Source: Promethearchaeia archaeon
Lineage (GTDB): Archaea; Asgardarchaeota; Lokiarchaeia; Sigyniarchaeales; SOKP01
Assembly (NCBI GenBank): GCA_029856045.1
Contig: JAHQWG010000033.1
Location: 1-64,000 of the forward strand
DNA length: 64,000 bases
Direction of reading: 5' to 3'
Position 1 is the first letter of the stretch. Each line of letters starts with the position of its first letter. Both the position numbers and the translations under genes were made by a program. Under the pieces are notes generated by a model. It ran no database searches, was not told the DNA's origin, and was given only the letters and a program-made list of their open reading frames with translations. Below, in pieces: positions 19,235-28,862 of the stretch.

Positions 19235-20023
19235 ATTAAAGAAGAATTAATATTTCCCAAAAAATCAAAAATTGAACAATTTAGTTCCCAAATAAAAAGA
19301 TCTATTGCTATTGCAAAAAAAAATTTAAGGATTTATTATAATAAAGGACCAGTAGTAATTCAAGGATTTTTATTTCCAGTGATTTTATTTTTTGCAATGA
19401 CAATTGGACGAGAGATTCTTCCTATTTATATTATTTCAGGATTAATGGCGATGGTTCTCTTTTTATCTGCAACATCTATTGGACCTATAGCTTTTCCATG
19501 GGAAACAAGACAAAAAACCCTTGAAAGATTAATAACTTGTCCAATTTCAATAAAAACAATTATATTAGGAGATGTTTGGGCTTCATTTATATTTGGTTCG
19601 ATTATTTCAATTGTTCCTTTAGTATTAGGTCTTCTAATTTTTTCATTTTGGAGTTCATTAAATTTGGTAATTATTATAATTGGGGTTCTTGTGTCATCAT
19701 TTTCATTTTCCTGTATTAGCATCATTTTATCAGTCCCGCCATCAGACACACCTGCGAATACTATGATTTTAACAGTAATAATCAAGTTTCCTCTGATCTT
19801 TATAAGCCCACTTTTTATGCCAATTGAATCTGTGCCTGGTGCAATAATATCTCCACTGACTTATTTTATTGACATCATAAATTTTGGGTTGTCAGGAAAT
19901 AGTGCGTTCGGATCATTTGGATTACTACTTGATTTTGGCATTTTGTTACTTTTTGGTTTTGGCTTTCTATTTTTATCATTCAAATTGCATGGAAAAACAT
20001 TGCAAAAAAGATTTCGAGGATAA
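19235..20023 (+). CDS. ABC-2 type permease
   Basis: Six TM segments, WETRQKTLERLITCP, SPLTY; probable ATT start after GAGGTG. Confidence 0.87.
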   Translation: MKEELIFPKKSKIEQFSSQIKRSIAIAKKNLRIYYNKGPVVIQGFLFPVILFFAMTIGREILPIYIISGLMAMVLFLSATSIGPIAFPWETRQKTLERLITCPISIKTIILGDVWASFIFGSIISIVPLVLGLLIFSFWSSLNLVIIIIGVLVSSFSFSCISIILSVPPSDTPANTMILTVIIKFPLIFISPLFMPIESVPGAIISPLTYFIDIINFGLSGNSAFGSFGLLLDFGILLLFGFGFLFLSFKLHGKTLQKRFRG

Positions 20024-20090
20024 AAAATAAAAAGCTAGTCTTTAATTAAAAAATTTAATATTTCATTTTTTTTTTCTATTTTTTTCCACC

Positions 20091-20399
20091 TTAGGGAAGA
20101 AAAATCCAAAGCAATATAAATAATGCGAAAAAGGCAAGTGCAATTAGACCAAAAATCTTAATCCATTTGGCAATCCCAATATCTCCCGTTTTAGCGTTAT
20201 AGAAGCACCTTCCCATTGCTGCTACAAAAATAAGTCCAACTAATATTGCAATAACATAAAATAAGATTGAAAATAATGTTAATGCTACATCCACTTCAAT
20301 ACTAGGCCATAAAAAAACAAGAAGCCATGTAGATACGATAAAAAAAAACGCTGCTGCAAATAAAAAAACGATACCCCATAATATTGCCATAATCTTCAT
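20091..20399 (-). CDS. Small membrane protein (3 TM)
   Basis: 102-aa hydrophobic ORF filling the intergenic space. Confidence 0.65.
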   Translation of the reverse strand: MKIMAILWGIVFLFAAAFFFIVSTWLLVFLWPSIEVDVALTLFSILFYVIAILVGLIFVAAMGRCFYNAKTGDIGIAKWIKIFGLIALAFFALFILLWIFLP

Positions 20400-20577
20400 A
20401 TTTTTATCCCTTAAAGCAATTAATTTCTCTTATTTTTTATTCTAATTTACTATTATTTAAATTATTTTTTTCTAATTTCTATAAATTCAAACTCTTTTTA
20501 TTAATTAGTAAATGAAGTTGATAAATCTTAACAAAAATTATAAATTCTAAATAATTGTTTTTATAATTAAAATTAAG

Positions 20578-21990
20578 ATGATAAAAATGGAAAAACCAAT
20601 TACTGCCATAGTTTGTGGTGCTGGACAGCGTGGACGTGATGCTTATGGAAGATATGCGGAAATAAATAAGGATAAATTGCAAATCATTGGAGTTGCAGAA
20701 CCAAATGAAGTAAAGCGTAAAAATTTTGTAAAAATCCATAATATTCCAGAAGAAAGAAGTTTTAACTCATGGGAAGAGATTTTAGCGAAGGATAAATTTG
20801 CGGATGCTGCAATTATTACTACACAGGATAATATGCATACCCAACCGGCATTACTCGCTATGGAACAAGGATATGATGTTTTATTAGAAAAACCTATGGC
20901 AAATAATTTAGAGGAGTGTATTCAACTTATTAATAAAGCTCAAGAAACCGGTAAGCACCTCCAAATCTGTCATGTGTTGAGATATACCGATTTTTATTCT
21001 ACAATTTATGATACTATACAAAGTGGAAAATTAGGCAAAGTAATTAATATTGAATGTAAAGAAAATGTATCTTATTTTCATTATAGTCACTCTTATATAC
21101 GAGGAAACTGGAGAAATTCTGAGAAATCTTCCCCAATGATCCTTGCTAAATGCTGTCATGATTTGGATTTATTGTATTGGATGGTTGGAATCCCACCAAA
21201 ACAAATTAGTTCATTTGGAAATTTATTATATTATAAAAAAGAAAATGCTCCTGAAGGTGCACCCAAACGTTGTCTTGACGGATGCCCTCACGCAAATGAA
21301 TGTATTTATTATGCTCCCTTTATTTATATAGATAATACGCCTTTATTTCGGGTGGGTTTGGATTGTGACATTAAAATCATAAAATTTTTTGCATGGCTTG
21401 CAATTAAACACAGAACTACAGCAAAAATCTTAAGCAAAATAATCCCACCGCTTAAAGATGCCGTTGAATGGAAAAGCTGGCCGGTAAGTGTGATTACAGA
21501 TGATTTAACCTATGAGGGAAAAATGAAAGCACTTAAAGAAGGTCCTTATGGGAGATGTGTGTATCATTGCGATAATAATGTAGTTGATCACCAAACAGTT
21601 AATATTGAATTTGAAAATGGTGTTACAGCAAATCTCACTGTTCATGGTCATTCAGCATTCGAAGGAAGAAGTATCCGAATTGATGGGACTAAAGCAACAT
21701 TAATCGGAGAATTTTTATTTTCAGGAGAACAAATCTGGCTTTATGATAAATTATCTGGAAAGAAAGAAAAAATATTTGAAGGGCATTTAGAATTAACAGG
21801 ACACGGAGGTGGAGATACTGGGCTTATGAATGCATTCGTGGACTTAATGAGACAAAATATTTCAAAACCATTAACAGATGCCCAAGCTTCCCTTGAAAGC
21901 CATATAATGGCATTTGCAGCTGAAAAGTCAAGACTTGAAGGAGAAGTTATTGATATGGCAGAATATCGACGAGAAGTTATGAATCTTTAA
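20578..21990 (+). CDS. Gfo/Idh/MocA family oxidoreductase
   Basis: GAGQRG, LLEKPM, KCCHDLD, GHGGGD. Confidence 0.9.
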   Translation: MIKMEKPITAIVCGAGQRGRDAYGRYAEINKDKLQIIGVAEPNEVKRKNFVKIHNIPEERSFNSWEEILAKDKFADAAIITTQDNMHTQPALLAMEQGYDVLLEKPMANNLEECIQLINKAQETGKHLQICHVLRYTDFYSTIYDTIQSGKLGKVINIECKENVSYFHYSHSYIRGNWRNSEKSSPMILAKCCHDLDLLYWMVGIPPKQISSFGNLLYYKKENAPEGAPKRCLDGCPHANECIYYAPFIYIDNTPLFRVGLDCDIKIIKFFAWLAIKHRTTAKILSKIIPPLKDAVEWKSWPVSVITDDLTYEGKMKALKEGPYGRCVYHCDNNVVDHQTVNIEFENGVTANLTVHGHSAFEGRSIRIDGTKATLIGEFLFSGEQIWLYDKLSGKKEKIFEGHLELTGHGGGDTGLMNAFVDLMRQNISKPLTDAQASLESHIMAFAAEKSRLEGEVIDMAEYRREVMNL

Positions 21991-22039
21991 AAAAAAGAAA
22001 AGAGTAATAAAAAATTTATTTAAATGTTTTTAATTTGTT

Positions 22040-22429
22040 TTACCATGTTGTCTGGAAATAGGAGAATATAAATAATCCTAAAAATGCAGCACTTATAAAA
22101 ACAAATAACAAGCCTGCCAATCCTGTGCCCGCTAGAATTACACTTAAAAGCATAACCACAAAAGCCACAGCTAGCCAAACTATTTCCATTACTACTACAA
22201 TCTTAACTTTTTCCCAATCAGATTCCCTTGATCCCAATAATGAACTGATTCCAAGCCCTAGAAAAGCTGCACCAAGCAACCTAAGAGTTACTGGATCCGT
22301 ATAAGGCCAACTAAACAAAGCCACAAATTCATCTGGTAAAAACAAGTAGAAAAAACCCAAGATAACAGCTACAACAAAATGGATGAGGAATGTTATTTTT
22401 AATACTTTAGATACTATTTTTTCTGCCAT
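22040..22429 (-). CDS. Four-TM membrane protein of unknown function
   Basis: 129-aa hydrophobic ORF, WP..DP...RLLGAA. Confidence 0.7.
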   Translation of the reverse strand: MAEKIVSKVLKITFLIHFVVAVILGFFYLFLPDEFVALFSWPYTDPVTLRLLGAAFLGLGISSLLGSRESDWEKVKIVVVMEIVWLAVAFVVMLLSVILAGTGLAGLLFVFISAAFLGLFIFSYFQTTW

Positions 22430-22697
22430 ATAATTTCACATCTATTAACATTTCGATTTTTTATTTATTGAAATTAAGTTATTGTAATATTAAGTTTAAC
22501 TTATATATATACTTAAAAACCTAATTAATATATTGCCTTGTAAAAATATGCTATTAATAATCTCCTTAATCATCATTTCATATTCTTGAGTATCAATATA
22601 AAAGAAAATTCTACTATTTTTAATAGACTCATAGTAAAATTAATTAAATATAAAATTTAAAAAAGAAAAAATAAAAAGAAAAGAAATTAGATATTTT

Positions 22698-23699
22698 CTA
22701 TAATTTATTTACGATTAAATCAACACATCTCTTGCTATAGCCCCATTCGTTGTCATACCATGAAAATATTTTAACAGTTTTACCAATAACTTTAGTCATC
22801 ATAGCGCTAAAGACAGAACTGTGAGGATTACCAATAACATCACTTGAAACAATTGGATCTTCAGTATATTCGAGAATATCTTTTAGTGGACCTTCTGCTG
22901 CCGCTTTCATAGCAGAATTTACAGCATCTACGCTCACATCCTTCTCAACAACAGCTACTAAATCTACGACACTACCATCTGGAGTAGGAACGCGAACTGC
23001 GACCCCGTCTAACTTCCCTTGTAGATCAGGTATTACTACACCAATAGCTTTTGCTGCCCCCGTACTGGTAGGTATCATATTCGCAGCCGCACCTCTTCCA
23101 CGAGTCATTTTAATTGGAGCATCTTTTCGAGCTGTGTCTACTGTTCTTTGATCTCCAGTATAGGAGTGAATGGTTGTCATAAATCCGCTATTAATAATAA
23201 AATTATCATGTAATACTTTAGCAACTGGACCTAAACAATTGGTAGTACAACTCGCATTGCTGATAATTTTATGCTCATCTTTTATTATATGATCATTTAC
23301 TCCGATGACTACTGTGACATCAGGATCAGTGGCAGGAGCACTAATGAGGACTCTTTTTGCTCCAGCAGCAAGATGTTTTGCAGCTCCATCTCGCTTAGTG
23401 AAAAAACCCGTAGATTCTAACACGACGTCAATATTATTACTTGCGTGAGGAAGATTTGCAGGATCTCGTTCTGCTGTTATGGGTATCTCGCGTCCATCAA
23501 CTATTAGGCTATTTTCAGTGTGTTTGATATCTCCTTTAAATCGGCCAAATACAGAGTCATATTTTAACACATACGCTAAATACTCCGGGGCAAATAGATC
23601 GTTAATACTAATAATCTCGAGACCGGGATTTCCCCAAGCAGCTCTGAAAAAATTTCTTCCGATTCGTCCGAAACCATTAATAGCTACACGTTTTACCAT
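22698..23699 (-). CDS. gap: Class I (bacterial/eukaryotic-type) glyceraldehyde-3-phosphate dehydrogenase
   Basis: INGFGRIGR, ASCTTNCL, STGAAKA, RVPT, WYDNEWGYS. Confidence 0.96.
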   Translation of the reverse strand: MVKRVAINGFGRIGRNFFRAAWGNPGLEIISINDLFAPEYLAYVLKYDSVFGRFKGDIKHTENSLIVDGREIPITAERDPANLPHASNNIDVVLESTGFFTKRDGAAKHLAAGAKRVLISAPATDPDVTVVIGVNDHIIKDEHKIISNASCTTNCLGPVAKVLHDNFIINSGFMTTIHSYTGDQRTVDTARKDAPIKMTRGRGAAANMIPTSTGAAKAIGVVIPDLQGKLDGVAVRVPTPDGSVVDLVAVVEKDVSVDAVNSAMKAAAEGPLKDILEYTEDPIVSSDVIGNPHSSVFSAMMTKVIGKTVKIFSWYDNEWGYSKRCVDLIVNKL

Positions 23700-23867
23700 A
23701 TTCTTTCAACCTATTAAATTTTAAATAATTTTTATCTGCTTATTTTAATTTATTTTAAAGTAAGATAGTTGTATTTAATTTGACTTAATATTTAATCTTT
23801 TTAAAAAAAGATCTTAATTATTTATGATTAAAATTGAAAAAAGTTTGGAAAAGAGTTAATTTAAAAC

Positions 23868-24596
23868 TTATTTTGCTTGTTTTCCTAATAAATTAAGCAC
23901 TTGTTCAACCATTTTCTTTTTAGTTGGACCTTGAAGATCCGTAATTGCTGCTGGTAAGCCCAGTAATGCTTCGGTAATTCTTTTCCATACGGATGAGACT
24001 TCACCTTCATTTGGGATACGAGCACGAGTGACATCCACATTTATTTTTGGATAATTCTTTTCTGCTGCCTTCTGGCATTTATAACAGTTAATACACTGAT
24101 CTTTGTCTACGATAATTTCGGTTTCTTTATTTGAGAGCGCTCCAACTACGCATTCTTTTACAAAATCCTCAATGTTTTTAACCTTCTTTTCTGTACTTTC
24201 AATCTTCGTAGTTCCTTCTACCAATTTTTGAATTTTCTGACCTGTTTCCTTAATTTTAAGTTCTTTTGGTTTTAATTCTGGAAGTGATCCATTTTCTATA
24301 AGAAGAAGTTTGGGCTCACCATTAATTCGTAAATTTAATGCAAATCCAGAACACGTAAAAGAACAAATTCCACAGAATATACATTTATCAATATCGACAT
24401 ATCTTTTTAAATCTGATTCAACTCCCATATCTTCTGGAGAGCCAATGCATTCTTTAGGACAGACTTTTGCACAAAAATCACATTCAATGCATTTATCATT
24501 ATTAAAGATTAATTCACTCACGTGATTCAGCATTTTGAACTCGTGAGAGTAAACATTATCTTGAATTTCAATAATTTTCTTGGATGGTAAAGACAT
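23868..24596 (-). CDS. Polyferredoxin-like 4Fe-4S protein (FwdF-like, short)
   Basis: CIECDFCAKVCP, CIFCGICSFTC, CINCYKC. Confidence 0.75.
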   Translation of the reverse strand: MSLPSKKIIEIQDNVYSHEFKMLNHVSELIFNNDKCIECDFCAKVCPKECIGSPEDMGVESDLKRYVDIDKCIFCGICSFTCSGFALNLRINGEPKLLLIENGSLPELKPKELKIKETGQKIQKLVEGTTKIESTEKKVKNIEDFVKECVVGALSNKETEIIVDKDQCINCYKCQKAAEKNYPKINVDVTRARIPNEGEVSSVWKRITEALLGLPAAITDLQGPTKKKMVEQVLNLLGKQAK

Positions 24597-24742
24597 TTTC
24601 TTTCTTACCTTGATATTTTTTAATATTAATCTGGTTTAAGATAGTTATTAAAATTAAACTCAATTAAATAATATTACTCATCAATAATTAATAATATAAA
24701 TAAATTAAATGGAATTCAGATAAAAAGGATAAAATAAATATA

Positions 24743-26035
24743 ATGTCCATAAAAAACAATTTTAAATATATAAGAGAAAATTTAAGTCTAAGAACAATAA
24801 TTATTTTCATCAGAAATTTTTTTTTAACCATCCTTTTATTATCTCCGCTTCTCATTTATTTAGGAGGTAGTAGTTTGTATGAAATTTCCTTATCTAAAGA
24901 AAATCACCCCTTTACAATTTGGAACGGTAAAGACCCTAAAACAGAAATAATTATAACTTGGGAAACAGCTCAGTCAGAATCTTCTGCTGTTTGGTTGGGA
25001 AAAGAATCTAATCTTTTATCTTTAGTTTATAATGGAGATGGAGCTGGTGTAAAAGTACATCGAGTAGAATTAACTAGCTTAGAACTGGGAACAAAATATT
25101 ATTATCGAGTAGGAGTAAATTCGGAGCCTCCTCTGTTCCATGGACCGTTGAGCTCCTTCACAACAGCTCCAGATGATGAAAATACAGAATTCAAATTTGC
25201 TCTTTATTCAGATTCGCAACAATTATTTGGAATTGGGTCGCATGATCGAATTGCAAAAGCTCTAGAGGGGTATAATGATTTAGCGTTTGTAGGAAACATT
25301 GGAGATCTTTGCCAAGAATGGGACCATCAAGGAGATTGGAATTTATACTTATTAGAATCAAGATCTTTTATGAGCCAAACTATTTTTGTACCAGTATTAG
25401 GGAATCATGATGGTTGGTACGGAGAGAGTGAAGGACATGAAAATAAGTATAAAAAGTATTTTGGAATTGCTACGGATTCAAATTTTGCTGATGAGAATCA
25501 CACTCTTTTTAATTACACATTCAGTTATTCTAATACACAATTTATAGTAGCTGAAATATCTAAAACAGAAGATGAGGATCCAAATGAAATAAGGAATATA
25601 AATCATGATATCTGGTTGAATTCAACATTAGCAAATTGCCAAGATAAAACTTTTCGAATTTTAATGTTTCACAGACAAGTTTTCTCCTCTAATGGGATGA
25701 ATACTCGTCTAATAAACCGAATTGTTCCTATTGTGGAAAAATATAATATCTCTATGGTTATTTATGGTCATACTCATCATTATGAACGATTTTTATATAA
25801 TGGAGTAACTTATCTTTTATTAGCATCAGGCGGGGTAATGCCAACAGATACGGGAATTAATCCTTCTACTCCTTATACAAAATCTTTTAATATGGGTACG
25901 AGTTTTACATTTTTCTCCGTCTCACCTAATAACTTGACAGTGAAAACAATAACTCCTGATAATGATATAATTGATTCTTTCGTATTAAAAGCCGAAAATT
26001 CAAAAGCTGTGCTCTTAGCAGGAGGTGTTGGGTAA
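24743..26035 (+). CDS. Membrane-anchored purple acid phosphatase-like metallophosphoesterase
   Basis: N-terminal TM, FN3-like YYYRVG, D-x-Q, GD, GNHD, H, GHTH motifs. Confidence 0.85.
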   Translation: MSIKNNFKYIRENLSLRTIIIFIRNFFLTILLLSPLLIYLGGSSLYEISLSKENHPFTIWNGKDPKTEIIITWETAQSESSAVWLGKESNLLSLVYNGDGAGVKVHRVELTSLELGTKYYYRVGVNSEPPLFHGPLSSFTTAPDDENTEFKFALYSDSQQLFGIGSHDRIAKALEGYNDLAFVGNIGDLCQEWDHQGDWNLYLLESRSFMSQTIFVPVLGNHDGWYGESEGHENKYKKYFGIATDSNFADENHTLFNYTFSYSNTQFIVAEISKTEDEDPNEIRNINHDIWLNSTLANCQDKTFRILMFHRQVFSSNGMNTRLINRIVPIVEKYNISMVIYGHTHHYERFLYNGVTYLLLASGGVMPTDTGINPSTPYTKSFNMGTSFTFFSVSPNNLTVKTITPDNDIIDSFVLKAENSKAVLLAGGVG

Positions 26036-26038
26036 AAT

Positions 26039-26689
26039 ATGACCTTTATTAATAATTACTTTGCAATGATATATGCAATCATATTTCAATCTGTGCTATT
26101 ATCAGGTTATTTTTTCTGGGCACCAAAAGCTAGAAACCCTGAAAAATTATATAATTGTTGGTTAGTTCTGGGGTTACGAGGCGTATTTTTTGTGATTGGA
26201 TGTTATTTAGGTTTCATTTTTCTTGATACCTCAATTAAGATCTTATTTTTAGGTGTTTATGGCTATGGCAACATTTCTTTTCATATTACTTCATGTATCC
26301 TTTTATTAGTTTTAGGAATAGAATTGATAATTGGTGCCGTGTTTGTTGCTCCTACCTTGAAATCGATTACAACATTTATAGTCATGCTAACACTTTTTAT
26401 TTATTATTTTGAAATTAATCAGGTTGTCGTTCATGAAGATTTGGATAAGATATTTATCCCAATGTTTTATGCAATAGCTTTCTTAATAATTATTACTTTG
26501 ATTTATGAAATCTATCGGAAATTAAAAACCAAAGGATTCGAAGATAAAGAATTGTGGAATTTTGAGAGAAAGTTTAAGAGAATCTTTAATTGGAAATTTA
26601 ATCTAATTTTATGGATCCTATTATCTATTGAGATAATATTGATGATAGAAGGATATTCACTATTTTTTTGGCTCTCATATATTTTTTAA
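26039..26689 (+). CDS. Multi-pass membrane protein of unknown function
   Basis: About 6 TM segments; starts 3 nt after the phosphatase stop with SD GGAGGTG. Confidence 0.7.
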   Translation: MTFINNYFAMIYAIIFQSVLLSGYFFWAPKARNPEKLYNCWLVLGLRGVFFVIGCYLGFIFLDTSIKILFLGVYGYGNISFHITSCILLLVLGIELIIGAVFVAPTLKSITTFIVMLTLFIYYFEINQVVVHEDLDKIFIPMFYAIAFLIIITLIYEIYRKLKTKGFEDKELWNFERKFKRIFNWKFNLILWILLSIEIILMIEGYSLFFWLSYIF

Positions 26690-26710
26690 GGATCAATAAT
26701 ACCTATATTT

Positions 26711-26771
26711 GGGAAATGATGACAAAAAGAGTATGACATAGAGGATGATTCTCGACGGACGGTCTGATCCC
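26711..26771 (+). ncRNA. Box C/D methylation-guide sRNA
   Basis: Terminal stem GGGA/TCCC; box C ATGATGA 26716-22; D' ATGA 26733-36; C' AGGATGA 26742-48; box D CTGA 26764-67; D guide CTCGACGGACGGT. Confidence 0.8.
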
Positions 26772-26955
26772 ACCTAATTCTTGAAGTGTTACTAAAAAAT
26801 ATTGAAATATCCCAGGTATATATAATAAAGTTAAAAATTAATTTACTCAATTATTAATCGCTAAATTTTTTTATGTCATCTAATTTTTTAAAATAATTAG
26901 TTTTAATAATCCACTCTGGTTTTTATTAAGTAAAAATACACAACGGTGATAAAAC

Positions 26956-27417
26956 ATAAAAAATATAAAATTTACAATCTTTGCTCCGATAAAGGGATTA
27001 AATAATGGTAGAATATATCAAGTTAAAGTAAAAGATGATGCTAACTTTATTGAATCTTTAGCTATGGTTGATAAAATTGTTCTTGAAGATCCAAAAAATT
27101 CTCCGTTTCCGTTGTATGATGGTTATATCAAAACTTATCTTCAATTATTTTGGAATCCACAGAAAAACGAGATTTATGATGACTGTGCCGTGAATGCTTA
27201 TGGGCCTAATAAGCAGTTTATGCCACTTCGGGATGATTTAGATTTCAATTTATATCCAGATAGTGAGATAAAAATACATCCCGACGCTGGATGTTGATGA
27301 GAAAAGGTAAAACAACGATTAGATATGGGGTCACTTAGAAAAATAATTATTGAAAAATTTGGAAAAGAAAATGAATCTTTTGCCCATTATTTTAAAAGAA
27401 AAAATAGAATAGAATAA
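26956..27417 (+). CDS. Candidate selenoprotein with ubiquitin/MoaD-like fold and C-terminal G-C-U-U plus a 38-aa extension (153 aa if both UGA are read through)
   Basis: SD GGTGA 26945-49, ATA start; frame open to TGA TGA (27295-27300) and again to TAA 27415-17; SECIS immediately downstream on the same strand. Confidence 0.65.
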
Positions 27418-27461
27418 TTTGAATGAAATCTTTCAGAAAATGTTAGTGAAAGATTGACAAA
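27418..27461 (+). promoter_or_regulatory. SECIS element (eukaryote-like, AUGA/GA core)
   Basis: ATGA-AATCTTTCA-GAAAATGTTAG-TGAAAGATT-GA: perfect 9-bp stem and 11-nt loop differing at one base from the mvhD SECIS; lower stem TTTG/CAAA. Confidence 0.8.
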
Positions 27462-27476
27462 AGGGTTGCGCCCTTT
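27460..27476. terminator. Short GC hairpin between convergent genes (possible terminator or 3' stabiliser)
   Basis: AAAGGG-TTGCG-CCCTTT directly after the SECIS. Confidence 0.35.
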
Positions 27477-27522
27477 AATTATTCAAAAAAATTAAGTAAG
27501 AATTTAATAAAAAATTATATTT

Positions 27523-28671
27523 TTAAGCGGTTTTTTCTAATTCCATTTCCCTTATTGCTTTACCAGAGCGGAACGGAATATCATCAATTGATTCTCCAGC
27601 AGTATAATTAAATTTCTCTTTAAATGTATCAATTAATGATTGGAAGTATTCAGATAATGGTAAGTTCATTGGACAATTATTGGCACAATTACCGCATTCT
27701 ATACATCTATCAGCGACATGTGCAACACGGGTTAATTGATATACATTATTATTAATTGATTTTTCTTTTCGTTTTTGCATTAAAATACAATCGATACAGT
27801 AACATACCGGGCAACCACGAATGCAGAGACCACACATAGTGCATTTGTTTAACATTTCCAATTTTTCGTCTTGATTCATAGTTTTCCATTCTTCCAAATC
27901 TTTAGTACGTTTTTCTTCAGCATTTTTTAAAATAGACGACACTCTTTCAGTATTGTGTTTTTTTAGGTCATCGGGAATTTTTCTGGTTTTAATTCCAGCT
28001 TTCTCAACAGCAGACTTTCCCTTCTCTGAATAGATACGTAATATCAAATCATCTGATTTTACAGAGATTCCGATATCACTTATAGATAAATCACCTATAA
28101 CAGGAACTTTTCTTAGGCATCTCAAACAGTTCTCTGCTATTTTTAAATTTTCATTAAACTCTAAAACCTCTAAATTCCCACCATCTAGGATGAGAGTAAG
28201 ATTTTCAGCGGTTAATTTATCCCGAATTATTTTGCTTTGATCAAACTCCTTTCTTTTGTTAAATATTTTTGTAATCATTGAAGATGGGATTAGTCCCATA
28301 TCTTCAATTGCAATAATAAATAAATTATCAGGATTGATTTGATGTAATTTAATAAGTTCAATTATCGCTCTTGTATCACAAGGACGAGCAATAAGTCCTA
28401 TTTTTTCATCCAATGCGCCATTTGCATTTTTATGTAAATATTTAGATGCACTATCGGTTCGAGCATAACCATAAGTAATAAGTTGAGAAAGCGGTAAATC
28501 CTCTAATTCTTCTGGTTTTGATACCAATTTTGGAGATACTGCAAAATGACCTTTTTTGATCTCGCCACTAATTATCTTCGACACTGCCTTTTCTTTTAGT
28601 AGGGATGATAAAATATTTTTAACATCTTCATATTTTATTAAGAATTCTTCCATTGGCTCCATGAATATCAC
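27523..28671 (-). CDS. FdhB/FrhB-like Fe-S subunit associated with HdrA-MvhD
   Basis: ARPCDTRAIIEL, CxxC, CTMCGLCIRGCPVCYCIDC, CIECGNCANNCP. Confidence 0.82.
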   Translation of the reverse strand: MIFMEPMEEFLIKYEDVKNILSSLLKEKAVSKIISGEIKKGHFAVSPKLVSKPEELEDLPLSQLITYGYARTDSASKYLHKNANGALDEKIGLIARPCDTRAIIELIKLHQINPDNLFIIAIEDMGLIPSSMITKIFNKRKEFDQSKIIRDKLTAENLTLILDGGNLEVLEFNENLKIAENCLRCLRKVPVIGDLSISDIGISVKSDDLILRIYSEKGKSAVEKAGIKTRKIPDDLKKHNTERVSSILKNAEEKRTKDLEEWKTMNQDEKLEMLNKCTMCGLCIRGCPVCYCIDCILMQKRKEKSINNNVYQLTRVAHVADRCIECGNCANNCPMNLPLSEYFQSLIDTFKEKFNYTAGESIDDIPFRSGKAIREMELEKTA

Positions 28672-28792
28672 GAATTTTATATTTCTTTAAATTAATATTA
28701 ATCTAACTTTTGATTTTATGAATCTATTAACGTTATTTTTTCCAATTTAATTTTTGAATAAATTTCTATATGTTTTTTAAAAAACTTTTTAT

Positions 28793-28862
28793 TTCCGACA
28801 CCTCTGCAATAGGTAGTCATAACACGACTAAAATTTTCTCGTATTATTCATTCTTGTCGGAA
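28793..28862 (-). promoter_or_regulatory. SECIS element overlapping the mvhD stop codon
   Basis: Minus strand ATGA-ATAATACGA-GAAAATTTTAG-TCGTGTTAT-GA (core 28853-28816); lower stem TTCCGACA/TGTCGGAA. Confidence 0.85.

Noticed and set aside
27418-27461. Hairpin as the SECIS or terminator of the minus-strand hdrA-mvhD-fdhB unit
   Set aside because: On the minus strand it lacks the AUGA/GA core and the GAAAA loop; these read correctly only on the plus strand.
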